A stretch of 64,000 bases of DNA from Bugula neritina (Eukaryota; Animalia; Bryozoa). Of this stretch, positions 23,552 through 36,800 are shown piece after piece; the stretch's first letter is position 1; every line of letters starts with the position of its first letter. Made by a program: the position numbers and the translations under genes. The stretch is from the NCBI GenBank assembly GCA_964035545.1, contig OZ037773.1:4679751-4743750 (forward strand). Direction: 5' to 3'. Below the pieces are notes generated by a model that saw only the letters and a list, made by a program, of their open reading frames with translations, searched no databases and had not been told where the DNA came from.

Positions 23552-26239
23552 ATGGCAGAAGGAATCAACATTGTCACTCCAGAGAGACGAGAACTGAGTA
23601 CGAAGAAGACAGCGCCTCAATGGGTCCTTTCTTCTCAGTCTATGGTAGCTGGACTAATATCAGGTGCTGGTTTTAATTAATTATTCTAAAAGCAGCTCTG
23701 AGTTGGGGGTGACTGACCTCAACAGGTAAGGGTTTGAAGTTAATGGTTAAGGTGAGGTAGGTGCAGTAATGGAGAAATTGAGACGAGCATGTGTTCTAGA
23801 TTAAAAATGTAGCAAAAGAAGTCACAACCCGCATCCCAAACTAAAATTATGTATTAAAATCAAAGAGCTTGGCTATCTCAGTTTCTCCACTACTGCTTCT
23901 AATTGTTAAGGTTGGAACTTAAAACCCTCAACTCCAAACTTGAGGCCCCAAACTACTGCATTCTGTCACCCTCAACTTAGGGCTGCTTATAGACAACTTC
24001 AGTTCTAATACTTTCCCAGTCTGTGATTTTAACTGACTGTTGTAACTCATTTCTAGATCAAAATGCTTTTTTTCGTGTGTGCAGTGAAATTATTACATAG
24101 ATAGTAGGTTGAATCTCTCATTATAACTGCATTTCCAATCACAAATGAATTTGTGGTTTCAGTTTGCATTAATTTATGGTTATGGTTTCAGTCAATGCAA
24201 CGGTTTCCCAACATGAGTGAAAAATCCGGTTTTGAAACATAGTGTATAAACTGCATTTGTGTTAAATGGAAAATATATAATTTAATCTAAAAAGTTGTTG
24301 TAGAAACTAATTTTCTCAAAGTTAGCTTTGTTATTCTGGAAACTCAAGAATATTTGTTTGAAAGCTGGTTTTTTGCAGCACAATATTAGGTGATGGTTTA
24401 TGAAGTAGGACCACATCTAAATTTAACATATAGTTGGTTTGTCAGGTGATAGGGTCAAAAGGTCAGATTGAATGTCATTGCTGCTAAAATATGTTCTGTC
24501 TACCTAATGTTTTAAGGCATCATTTATTTTCTTCAGTGTATATAATTCATTCATAATGATTTGTGAGTTTTTTAAAATCTTGAGTCGTGATTGCATTTCA
24601 CTAACCAGTTGGATTTTTAATGCAGGTGGTTCTGGGATAGTTGTTGGTCATCCATTTGACACCATCAAAACTATGCAGCAGACACAAACAGTGAGTCCAC
24701 TTTTTTCTTTTACTTCATGTGATAAGAATATTGTAGGGCTTGTCCATCTATAATATAACTAGTAGAGGATGTTGTAAGCAATGATGCTAACAAGGCTATG
24801 ACTTATGCATTTGACTTTAGTGCATTTAGGGCAAACATGCTAACCACTTTGACCTAAATATGTCATAATGGAGATTAAATGTACGTGCCACTATTTATTT
24901 TAACAGAGCTAGACCATGCCCTAGCTAACCAGGGAATTTTCCACTTGATAGTTCAATATGTAGGACTGTCCATTACAAAATATTTATTTCTCTTCAGCAT
25001 ATTATATGAGTATTGTAATATGCTGTTACACCAAATGTCTTTCCATGTTGTCCAGTCACTACTGCAAAGCCAATCACACATTGGCTTTCTTCGCTGAAAG
25101 TGCTGTGATTGGCTATAGCTTCGATCCACTGAAAAACTGTGACTAAATGCTATAAGGGCTGTTTGGCATTGGTCTAAACAGGTGTATGGTTAGAGCAAGT
25201 TTATAATAATACAGAGCCTTGTTATACCTTTCTTCAGGTTTCAAAGACTGGTGTAAATGGCTTTCAGTTACTCAGGAATGTGTGGACTACATACGGATTG
25301 GTGAGATACCCTGATCATGTATAGCTAGAGTTCTTATGGGGTGGGAAGGGGGTTTAGACTATAAAGTTATTCTTCCAAACACTGAGTTTGATAATAGTGC
25401 AATTGGGGACTAAAGGGCTATTGAGCTAATACCTAATTTTAGTAATGATTCTGTGATTTTATTATATTTAAAGACTAATACAATCAATTCAGTTTGTGTT
25501 ACAGTAGAGCTATGTAATTTTAATATAATATTTATGCAACATACTATTCAGTATTCACTAATAATTCGAAATCCTTGCCCATCAATCAGATGCTGTTAGC
25601 ATATGAACTAGGTTTAGGATCAGTAAGATAGCCTGTGTTCCTTGATTTGCTTAATAAATCTTGGTTTGGGGCTCAGGTTGAAACTCTCGGAAGAACGTAA
25701 CTTTATTTGCTGCAGTTCTAATCTAGAACTCAAGCTTTTCCAATTTCCATTGCTGCACCTACCTCTTGAAATAATGTTAAATATTGGCATCTCTTTTCTG
25801 GTGATATGTCACACTGACTCTTTATTCTAAGAAGCCAGTTGTGTGGAGAATAAAACTGTTAAAATGTGGAGTGGTGGTTTTCGCTATTCCGTTTAATGTT
25901 TAGCATTGTATTATTGTGCACCCCCACAGCTAAAGAGGACAGGGCGGGGATAGGTGAGGCTAGGATTGTAGTATTGTACAGTATATTGTAGAGAGGACAG
26001 AGTGGGGATAGGTGAGGGTAGGATTGTAGTATTGTGCAGTATATTGTAGAGAGGGTTGTTCAAGGGTCTCACTTATCCTGTAGTCACGTACGGTGCTACT
26101 AATGCTGCCTTCTTCTGTGGAGCTGAGTATACCAGAGAAGTCTTCCTCAAGGTGACATATAACTAGTAGTATTAGTAGTAGTGGTAGTAGCAGTAGTAGT
26201 AGTGGTAGTAGGAGTAGTAGTAGTAGTAGCAGTAGTAGC

Positions 26240-26271
<32 letters not shown>

Positions 26272-29200
26272 TGGTAGTGGTAGTAGTAGTAGTAGTAGTA
26301 GCAGCAGCAGCAGTAGTAGTAGTAGTAGTAGTGGTAGTAGTAGTAGTATTGGTAGTAATAATAGTAGTTGCAGCAGTACAGTAGTAGAAATAGTGTTAGT
26401 TGCAGCAGTAGCAGTACTAGCAGTAGTAGTTTTTGTAGTAGTGGTAGTAGGAGTAGGGGTATTAGTAGGAGTAGTAGTTGTTGTAGTAGTAGTAATGGTA
26501 GCATTTATTTTGAAGTTTGTTGTTTTTAGGTTGCTTTGATATCACATCCACATATTTGGTTAGCTCATTATTATTATTGTTTATGTATAACTATATCCTG
26601 GTTCAACCAGATTTAACCCAACTACAAGTCTATTTTCACAAATAATATATATAACTAATATCATGTTTCACTTTTACACAGTGTGTGCATGTGTAGTCCA
26701 TCTAACATACTTAGCAATAACATCAGTGACAGTAACATTCACAAGGCTATATTGTATTGTTAGTAGTTGTGCTCTATATTTGGGTAGTCCCTAAGTAGAG
26801 TTGTATAAACCGTTTTGCTTAGCCCAAGTTTCTCATGGATATTCTTCACTGTAAATGGAGCTCTGCTATACAGAAGGTCTTTTACACCTGCCTTTTGTGG
26901 TGAAGGTTGCATTTTAGCACCTATCTAGAAGTTTATTCTGCTGTGATTTCTGAACACAATGTGCTACAGGCTAGCTATCCATGTTTAAACATCACCTACT
27001 TTTCTTATACATGGAAATAAATAAATATTTTACAGAATAAAGCTGATGGTAAGCTGTCCTACTTCCAAATCTACCTCACTGGCTGTGTGGGGGGTATCTG
27101 CCCCGTCGCCATCCTCTGTCCTACAGAACTTGTGAAGATTAGGCTACAAGACCAACTAAGTACGCACAACTCCTTCTATGAATTATAAAAATAATGAAAC
27201 TTTTCATCATTAAATATTAGTAATTTATATACAAGCTCTTGGGAATGAATATTGAATGAGTTTTGATGAAATTCCATTCACTTTCTGCCCTGATAACAGC
27301 CCCCTTCCCTCCTGAGTAGAATTGGTCCTCTTTTGTGACAAATAAAATAAATATTTTTACTAAATGCATAATTACTAACTATTTAGTAGAAAGTATTGTT
27401 TGGTATTGGAGTTATCCTTTCTTTTAATTATTAATTTAACTATGTTTTATAACCATGAATATCCTCATATCATGCATTATATTGTTATAGCTATTTCCTA
27501 TAGATACCAAAAGAAAGCTGTACTCAGGTTCAATAGATTGCACCAGGAAACTTTGGCAGAAACACGGACCACTAGTGTTCACCAACGGGGTATTTGCCAC
27601 AGCCCTCCGTGACATCTATACCTGGGGCTTCTATCTCGTCACATTCGAGTATATCAGGGTACGGAACTCTGTGTGTCACACCTTGTGCTAATTCTTCAGG
27701 TCTTTTGTCACGTTAGCATGTGACAAAGCACCTGCTAACAACCTGCTCATGAAATCGAAAAACTTTTATGATTGTGAAAAAGAAAGTCCCACTTAACTAT
27801 TTTGATGCAAAATGCCCAACTATTTGATATAATTTTAAAGAACCCGGCACACTTCATATTATATAAGTATCTTGATACTACATAAACGAAGTGTGTCGGG
27901 GATTCTTTAAATTACCCAAATGTTTTCTCAACTATTTAATTGCTTAGTGAGCCATGCTTCCCTTTGATGGTTTCCCAGGATATGTAATGCTCGACTGTAT
28001 TACTACTCCACTGTATTACTACTCCACTGTATTACTACTTCACTGTATCATTACTCCACTGTATTACTACTTCACTGTATCACTACTCCACTGTATTACT
28101 ACTCTACTGTATTACTACTCTACTGTATTACTACTCCACTGTATTACTACTCTACTGTGTTACTACTCCACTGTGTTACTACTCTACTGTATCACTACTT
28201 CATTGTCTTACTACTCCACTGTATCATTACTCTACTGTATCACTACTCCACTGCATCACTACTTCACTGTATTACTACTTCACTGTATTACTACTCCACT
28301 GTATCATTACTCCACTGTATTGCTACTCCACTGTATCACTACTCCACTGTAGTACTACTCGACTGTGTTACTACTCCACTGTATTACTACTCCACTGTAT
28401 CATTACTCTACTGTATTACTACTCCACTGTATCACTACTCCACTGTATTGCTACTCCACTGTATCACTACTCCACTGTAGTACTACTCTACTGTATTACT
28501 ACTCCACTGCCTCACTACTCCACTGTATTACTATAGTATTACTACTCATCTGTATTACTACTTGACTGTATTAATTACTACTCCACTGTAGTACCAAAGT
28601 AGTCCCAATGCCTTCGGTGGTGGCTGTTTACATAGTTTTCTACTTCATAGGATAAACTGGGTGAGCGAGGCATGCACTATATAATCTCGGAACTTATAGC
28701 TGGTGGTTTTGCTGGCACGGTCTCCTGGACCCTCGCCACCCCTTTTGATGTTGTCAAGAGTAGAATTCAGGCTAGTGAAACTAAACTAAGACTACTTGAT
28801 GTGGTGAAAGCACTTTATAAAGAAAATGGTGAGATTTTTTTAGTATGGAAAATTGATATGTTGTTATGATGCTTGTGGGGTTAGAGTGTTTGCCTAGTAA
28901 ACGCAAAGTCATGGGTTTAAGCCCCGACAAAGGCCACTGGTGATGTTAAGAAGAGCATCCAGTCATAATTACTCCTGTGCCTCATTTCAATATGTCCTTA
29001 GCCCGATTCAACAAAAACCTTTTCCATCAGGGGTTTTTCACAGGGATAGCGACTATAATCTTGCGAGAGTTATGATACTTGTGGTATGGTAACAGGATAA
29101 TCATAAATTAAACTGTTTTCTTTTATTTTATATTTTGTTCTATTATTACTTATAATAAACATAGTTTCGTGTTAGTTTACTATAGGCCGTGTTTATCTTT

Positions 29201-30716
29201 TATATTGCTTTAGTGATATTCTAGTTTTTCAGAGTCATCTTCTCTCATATGATAAATTCACCTAATGTTATTTTACTTTAAAGTCTTTCTGATTCTCAGC
29301 TTAAAAACACGTCTAATCAGTCTAACTTGCTAACATTCCAGTTTAATGAACACTACTCTTATTATCATAGCATTTAGTTGTATAGAGTAATCATATAAAT
29401 GTTGTTTGTCAGAGATAGTTACAGTATATGTGTTGCTCTGTGCAGGTGGTGCAGGTAAATTCAGCATCTCTTTTTAAAAAGTTATGAAAGTTTTACACTT
29501 TGGTTATTCACTTGATTAAATCTCATATATTGCACATTCTATATATAACTATGCAACACAGATTATTGACAATAATGTAATGTTACTATTTTTCTAGATA
29601 GCCGATTTTAATTTCCTTTATAGGCTCTTTGGTGGAACTCTTTATGGCAAGTTTTTATTTTCTTTAAAAAAAAAGAATTAAGTTCCAAACCCCTTCTCTC
29701 TCATTTCTTCTACGTTGTTTCTTATAAGTTATAGAGAATTAGAGAATAATGATCTGGTACTGTTAGTGTACAAGCTTCAATGAGATTTAGTCAGTTGCTT
29801 TTAATAACTTTAGCACAGTTTTTCTAATTTTTATTAGAGTTGTCTTCTTTGGAGACATGAAGCCTGTCTCTCAACAATCATCTGGGGAAATAAAACCATT
29901 ATGGAAAGATAATTTTACAACTGATAATCTGGTTAACTTTTGGTGCAGCAAGTTTTTCTATTCTTTGAAAGAAGACAATTTATAAAATGAAGTTTGCGAC
30001 GACTTGGCATTTATTTATTAGTCATTGCAACATGAGGTTTTCTAATTATGCATGCCATGAAATTTTACGCATAAAACACCATTCCTATGTATACGTGTGT
30101 TTATAGGCAGCTAAAAGTTTGTTATGATTGCATCATGTAATATTTAGCAATACTTTATTTGGACATTTTTTCCTTCCTACAATGTAGAATAGCTTTTTAC
30201 TCTGTACAGAGCACTGTGTTTGTTGCGACATCACTTGAAAGCTATTGCAACAACACAAAAAAAAATTTCAAATAAATATGAAATAGTGTATTATGCTCAA
30301 AATCTAACAATCGTTAATTGAAAAAACATAAATATTGTAGTTTTTTGTTTATGTTGTTTCTTGGTTGTAGCTTTAGTACCAAACTATATTATTTGATGTG
30401 GGCTATGTTAGCCTAAATTCTTACAATGTTTACTTATAAGTTATTTTATCTTAATAATACCCTTTAACCTTGCATCACTAGTTTTACTAAGTCTAGCACT
30501 ACCTCTTCAAGTTATATGAAATACTATCCTGAAACAAACTGTTTAAGTTCTTCCAATTTTTCTAACCAGTTTTATGTTGTAGGTATGAAAGCCTTTACTA
30601 GAGGTATGTTCTGGTCTGCATTCCGCGCCTTCCCCAGTAACTCGGTGACGCTCTTTGGTTATGCTGAGATGATGCGGTGGTGTGATCGGTTTAATCAAAG
30701 GACGTACAACTCCTAA
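23552..30716 (+). CDS. Mitochondrial carrier, SLC25A45/47/48/29-like subfamily, 8 coding exons, 310 aa
   Basis: Exons 23552-23663, 24626-24690, 25238-25300, 26050-26151, 27036-27159, 27504-27658, 28651-28828, 30583-30716 (933 nt, in frame). Three Px[DE]xx[KR] motifs (PFDTIK, PTELVKIR, PFDVVKSR), GLFKG, contact-point RD and RAFPSN typical of amino-acid/cation carriers. Confidence 0.9.
23690..23988. mobile_element. Foldback family B copy 2 containing a nested family A copy (23754-23901, reverse)
   Basis: Outer IR AAGCAGCTCTGAGTTGGGGGTGAC ... GTCACCCTCAACTTAGGGCTGCTT; inner segment is the reverse complement of 8661-8825. Confidence 0.7.
25626..25765 (+). mobile_element. Foldback family A, copy 3 (5' truncated)
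   Basis: Aligns by eye to 8684-8825 (GGTTTGGGGC..GTTGAAA..GGAAGAA.GTAACTT..AATCTAGAAC..CTGCACCTACCTC). Confidence 0.7.
25934..26049 (+). repeat. 58-bp tandem duplication ending at a splice acceptor
   Basis: Units 25934-25991 and 25992-26049, each ending TATATTGTAG and followed by AGAGG. Confidence 0.9.
26163..26503. repeat. (GTA)n imperfect microsatellite
   Basis: Visible triplet tract just after the donor at 26151. Confidence 0.95.
27993..28590 (+). repeat. 16-bp minisatellite (ACTGTATTACTACTCC), ~37 copies
   Basis: Visible tandem array ending ~60 nt before the acceptor at 28650. Confidence 0.95.
28870..29058 (+). mobile_element. tRNA-derived SINE family C, copy 1 (~190 bp)
   Basis: tRNA-like head with A/B-box remnants (GGGGTTAGAG; GGGTTTAAGCCC), body AAGAAGAGCATCCAGTC, 3' end GGGATAGCGACTATAA; copies at 38179-38375 (-) and 59575-59770 (+). 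Confidence 0.75.
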
Positions 30717-33539
30717 CTCTGTACTCAAATTACTGTATAAATATACTCCATTGTGTACATTGGGCATCAGTTCAAGATTGTGGTATTAGCAATAGCAATA
30801 GTAGTTCAGGTAACTAAGGTTGATAGTTTTAGGGATGACTTAACAGTTTTTTATCCTAGTATTTACAATACTTGGTAAAAATTAAAAATATGTTTTGAGA
30901 ACAATTAGGCTCTTTTAAGCATATAGTTTGTTATAAGTATTTTCAGTATTATATATAAAAGTTTTGATGTGTTTATTTTACTTAACTTTTTCGCTAGCCA
31001 TTTTATTAGCAACTTTTTTCACTAGTTAGATGTTCTAGTATTTCTGGCGGCCCAGTATTTTTTTGAGATTTTCAAGTCACTAACAATTTATTCAACTACT
31101 TTTCGAATACTTATATTGTACTTATACCAATAAGTTATATTATACAGTATTACTATGACAGTAGCTCACTTTAGCTTTCTTACATTTCGGTTATGTAATG
31201 TATATTTTCATACAAACAGTACTTATCAAACTGCTCAAACATTTACTTCAGAAATTGTAATATTTGCTTTCAGTTCTTTATCAATAAAGTTAGAAGTTGC
31301 AAAAATGTAAACTGAAATTCTAACTGCTAAATAGCATTAAGCCTATTAGATCACAGCCTCCGAAACCTTGTGTAATCCTAGATTTAAGGAGGTAGTAAAG
31401 ACACTGGTGGTACGGGCTTTGGCAATCATAACAGTAGCTGTTTGGATAACAATAATAACAATCAAATATGTAAACCGGTTGATTATTTAAGTTATGTGAG
31501 CATTTATAATAAATATCAATCAAAAATAAACATTCCTTATTCATGCAGATAACATTTTTTAAACATAATATATTAATAGTCTTGTACTATGCTTGATGAG
31601 CTAACTGGACCACATCATGAAGCTCAGCAACATAATATGTTCTGTAGTATTGATTTTGATTATCTTACAAACTCCCCACCTTTTTCATACTATACAAACA
31701 AGTTTTGCTGGTCCACAATGGAGCCGTTTGTTTGAGGAGGGTCCTTTTCTTAGTAGACTCTTACCTCATGAAATCAATGACCTCTTTGTCATGTTACGTA
31801 TATATTAGTTAATTATTATGTTTGCATTATCACTAGGCTATTATGATTCCATTCATGTCATGAACAATGCAGCTGTAAGAATAAAATAATTGAACAATGA
31901 CATTAGCTTTCCATATCATATTTCTTTCAGCATACAACTAAGACAACTGTAAGTACCCTACTAAGCAACCCCCCTCACCCCCCACCCTTAATCTTGACCT
32001 ATGATCAGACATGTGAATCAGGTACATCAAAAATTGTATTGTGCGATACAATGTAGCACTTTCATCACTTACTTTTGCGTTGCTTGCTGCAAATTATTTA
32101 TCTTACATTCACAACAAAACAAATTTAGAGCATACCCAGTTAAACCTCTGACAAATCTATTTATCTCAACTACATAAGCACTGGACAATCTCACACACCT
32201 CACACTTATCCGACTCAAAACATGTTAGACTCTAACCTACTGCAATGACTACCAAGTTCATTTTTCACAATGATCACTTTTTATATAACAATTACCATCA
32301 TGCAGTCTTTTATTTATTCTACTTTTGAATAAAGCAAAGTGTAGTTGTTACAGTTATTAGTTTAATTTTGGTATCTATAACCCTCCTGAGTGCTAAAAAT
32401 TATCTTCAGTAGTCTACACATTACTGGGGGGAAGGGTTTGTACCCTAAACCTTAGAAAAAGTAGGAACCAAGTATAATTTCTAACCAATTATAGGCAAAG
32501 CTCAGCAAATTATAAATGTAGTTACTGGCTAATACAGTTGTCTGCATTAACTAAACCTAATCTTACCAATACATAACCAGATATTGCATTTATAACATCT
32601 TCTGGTGTTTTACTATACATTGTAAACTGCTAAGTTCCTGTTGCACAACGATTTATGGTGCTAAAGTGCTATGATAATCTATTTTTAAACTCAACAAGAA
32701 TCAAAGCACTTGACATGTAATACTGGTATTAGTTATGCTTCAATTACTGTATTTACACAATCTTTAATAAGATAGGAAAGAATTTTCTTGCTGTTTACAT
32801 TGTCTATCACTAATCAAAATGAAGTTTTTATTTTAAAAAAGCAACATAATTTTCAGAAAGAAAAACAAAACTTATTTTCTCAAGTCTTGCCATGCATATT
32901 TTAATTAAATATATGAACACTATGACTTAGATTGGGGGTTAAGTTAACCACCTTCAATGTGTGAGTTTATTAAAGCAATTGCCTGTATATGACATTGGCA
33001 TTTCCGTGTTTTACATTAGTATGCATGTATACATCATTACAAGTTTAGTACATGCCGGCACTGCAAGCATGTGCTAAGTTGTGCCTCTTTCATTTTCATG
33101 ATAAATTATCACATTAGAGTAATCAGTCAATTAAATTTTAAATTTTTCTCTTTGTGTCCAAAATAAGCTAATTATAGGATATTTTGCATATGTTTTGAAA
33201 CATCATTAGATTATAGACATTATGTATATGTACAGCATCTATGTCTAGCAAACCACACTCTCACTCATATCATGAATCACTCATCAATTTTTAATGACAA
33301 TGGTTAATGACCTTGCATGTTGGTTGTAGATGGTAGAGTAGTGGACATTGTTATATAATGAGAAGATATTACACAACTTATACAATGAACACTTGTACTA
33401 ACATCTCAATCTTGTAATTTTTCAATTTTAATTTAAAAAGCTGTTAACTATACTCACAGGTACATTCATGTAACATATTGTGTCATTATTTCATCATTTT
33501 ATAAGTATACTTTATATTTTATTGTAAAAATCAATTGTC

Positions 33540-33856
33540 TTCACATTGCGTAGTCGAGCAGTTATTCAAGGATATACTGTAGCATAATTGCGCTCTGCGC
33601 GCAGGTCGTATTATTTGCTAGGCTCTAGTGTCCGGGTTGGTTGAGTAGTAGCCTCGTTAATTTTCTATTTTTCATGCCAGCTCATTGGAGTCATCACACA
33701 TGCATGCAGCAGCTAATGAAGCAACACCATTTCACCCTGTATGCTGGTTGTTACTGAATCGCTAGCAATACTAACTGTTATTTAGATTTACTAGTACACA
33801 ATATTATTAGTATTTATCTGCAAACAAAGCAAACTGCTCTATGCTTCATGACAAAG
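33540..33856 (+). promoter_or_regulatory. Possible promoter / non-coding first exon of the GPCR gene
   Basis: Isolated CpG cluster (33548-33660) in CpG-poor DNA followed by a consensus donor AAAG|GTAAGT at 33856/33857; the GPCR ATG exon begins at an acceptor (39286). Confidence 0.35.
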
Positions 33857-36800
33857 GTAAGTTCAGTCAATTAGTCCATCTGCTGTCAGCTACATCTGCG
33901 GCAAACTTGCTGTCATGATTTAAAACTGTGCCAGGAAATTACAGCTTCAAATGTCTTAAAAAGTTTTACTTTAGTCTAGTCTCATCTAGTGTAATGTTTA
34001 TGATCTTCTAACAAAGAGTAAGAACTGAACATACATATGTTAGCTTTAGGCAATACACTTACAGCCTTCTATTTTAATGTTGCTTCAGAAAAACTATTTG
34101 TGTAACTTGTCATTGTGTTATTGTAAAAACTGTAGGCCATATTACCTAATAAATGAGTAAAATATGGTAAATTTTATATCTAGGCTGTAGGCTAATAAGA
34201 GACAAACAATATATGTTAATATACATGTGCCTTTTGCAATGCAGTTTTAAAATTAATATTATTTGGTTGATACAATTGCATTATACTTATACGGTGAACA
34301 TAGCTTTAGCATGCTACATCTGAAGTTTAAGCTATTCGGTCAAATCTTGTTTGGAGATTTGTGATCAAAGTTCCATAAATTAATTCTAAACTTTTCTCAC
34401 TTCCTGTCAACACAGACATTTTTCTATATATATACAGTTAATGTTATATTCCCAAAGGAAATGCTGACTGATCAAACTTAAACCTATTTGTTTTCTGTAC
34501 GAATATAGTACTCATAAAACAACTTCTTTCACTTACTGATTATCAGATACCAAACTCTGTAATAATAATATTTCTTTTGGCATTCCCTTGTGCATTTATT
34601 GAACCATGTTAGAACATGTACATAGGTAGATAGATGTCTATAGATAGCACCAGTTAGCTTTGAGATGCTTCTGTTATTTCAAAACATTTCAAGTTCATTA
34701 GAGTTCACAGCAGAGGTCAAGAGACATGAAGTTGTGTTCAGTTCCCTCAGTCAGTTTTATGGCCTTCAAATGCATTACATAGTTATATGAGTCTAACCTT
34801 CACCAGGCATAATATGTTTTCATTACCGCTTTATTTTCCTGTTTCTCCATTCAAGAGATCAGGCTGTTGAAATTTTAGAGCAAAAATAGAGCAAAGCCAT
34901 AACACAGTTATATATTTTTCAAAAGACATTAAATTCTGAATCGCCAATATTTATAGGTATACATTTTATTTGTTGACTACTAATATACCAAGTAAGCCCA
35001 TAACAATGATTTTGCAAGCATATCTTACTAAGGTATGTAGTTTCATCTTTAAAAACACAGCTGCACATGTAAACTAAAATATTCTTCAAAGGAGATTTTG
35101 GTAGCTGTTATCAAAAGTAGGCAGTAATGCAGTATTCAGTATAGCTCTACCTGTGCATTCTTTGTCACTATTTTCTCTCTCTAGGAGTAAAAACTTTCAA
35201 TAGCCTATATACGCTCTATTGAAGCTCACAATAAGGGTAATCAATTAACTGTTTAATACAAAATCAATCAGCTTTTTTATCGACCATCATTATAGACAAA
35301 AGGAAAGAAACAACAACATCTAAGTTAATTATTCAACAAGCACTGCGTGGAGACTACAGCTTATAGTTCAGTCCAATCATTTCGAAAAACAACCGTGTAA
35401 TTAGTTTGCTGTGAAATTAATTTACATATTCTGTTATCTCACTTTTCGCAATATGTCAAACTAATATTTGAAACTACCTTGTAACATTATATGAAGGAAG
35501 AACAGTTGTCTGACAGTTGGTATAACAGCTCCATCACTCATCATAGACAACTGCATATCCTATAGCTTATGAAATGGCAGACGCAACCTTTTGGAAAAGT
35601 TTGTCTGAATCAGATTGAGGGTGAATGCTAAACTATAGCCAAAGTTTAATGAAAATGCTATCAATCAAGTTGATAACCTTATGCATTTATATAGTAGGTT
35701 TTACACTTTTTAGGTCTTGTAGGCAACTGGCAATTACAGCTGCAACTCTTTCAATCTTTTAAGTTCATGGTTCACAATGCTCTAGCTAGTTATTCTAAAG
35801 AAGAAGAAAATGGTGTAACCTTTGTGATTCTAACCAAAAACCCACCAATCTAAAATCAATTTGATAACAATGCACATTAGTGTAGTATATTTTTACACTT
35901 TCTATTTGGTCTTGAAGGCTACAAATCAAGTTAAAATCACACTGCAACTCATTCTCCCTTTTGAGTTTCTGGTGTAAAGACAACCCTCTATAGCTAGTTT
36001 CTACAAAGGATCAAAAATGGTATAGCCTTCAACCAGCGTGGTGTGGTGACATCAATAACAGTGTTGTAATGTTATATGTGGCATTTGCAAATAATTTGGA
36101 CTTGGATACTTATAAATAAACATAAATAGGGATAAACATGCGGGCAGGTCATAGTATAAATGCTGTAATAGAATCAATGAAGTTAATATATTGGAGTTGA
36201 TATTGAGTTCAAGTGATACATAGCTAATGCATTCAACCCTATCACATCTGTTTATTCTAAATGCTTTATAAATACAAATGGTGGCTGGGCAAAAATCTAT
36301 AATAGCAGCATTAAAATCCATCTTTTGTTTATCTAATAGTTCACTGTTGCACAAAGAAGTCCCTTTATTGTGTAAAATGAAAATGCTTTACAGTTTTTAT
36401 GTCGAAATATTGTATATTGGTAATATTATGCTAATATCTAGCTGCTAATGTTAGAATTTTGCTGCATGTTGAGTTTTTATTTTTATTTTCTGCGCTTTCA
36501 TAGATATATCAATCTGCAAGGCTAAAACCTTTAGATTTTCTAATGTTTTATTTTGATCTGGATTTACATGATGCTAGCTATGTATTGCAAGTTGCTAGGA
36601 AATGCTATGGGCTATCAGTTCCAGTTAATTGCTTGAACATTAGGTATGTCAGCTAGAAAACTGTCAAATAAAGAACAGTCAACATTATTGCATAATTCAA
36701 TACCATTAGTACATATTCAAAGTAGAAGTTTACAGTTATGCAAAACAGTTGGTTTGAGGACTTTTTTGGCAAAAGTGATAGAAATAAAAAACATGTAAAA

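Noticed and set aside
26172-26504. Poly-Tyr/Val ORFs
   Set aside because: (GTA)n microsatellite artefacts; the same applies to 12986-13189.
27954-28565. Cys/His/Tyr-rich repetitive ORFs resembling metal-binding proteins
   Set aside because: 16-bp minisatellite translated in rotating frames; the same applies to 15942-16178.
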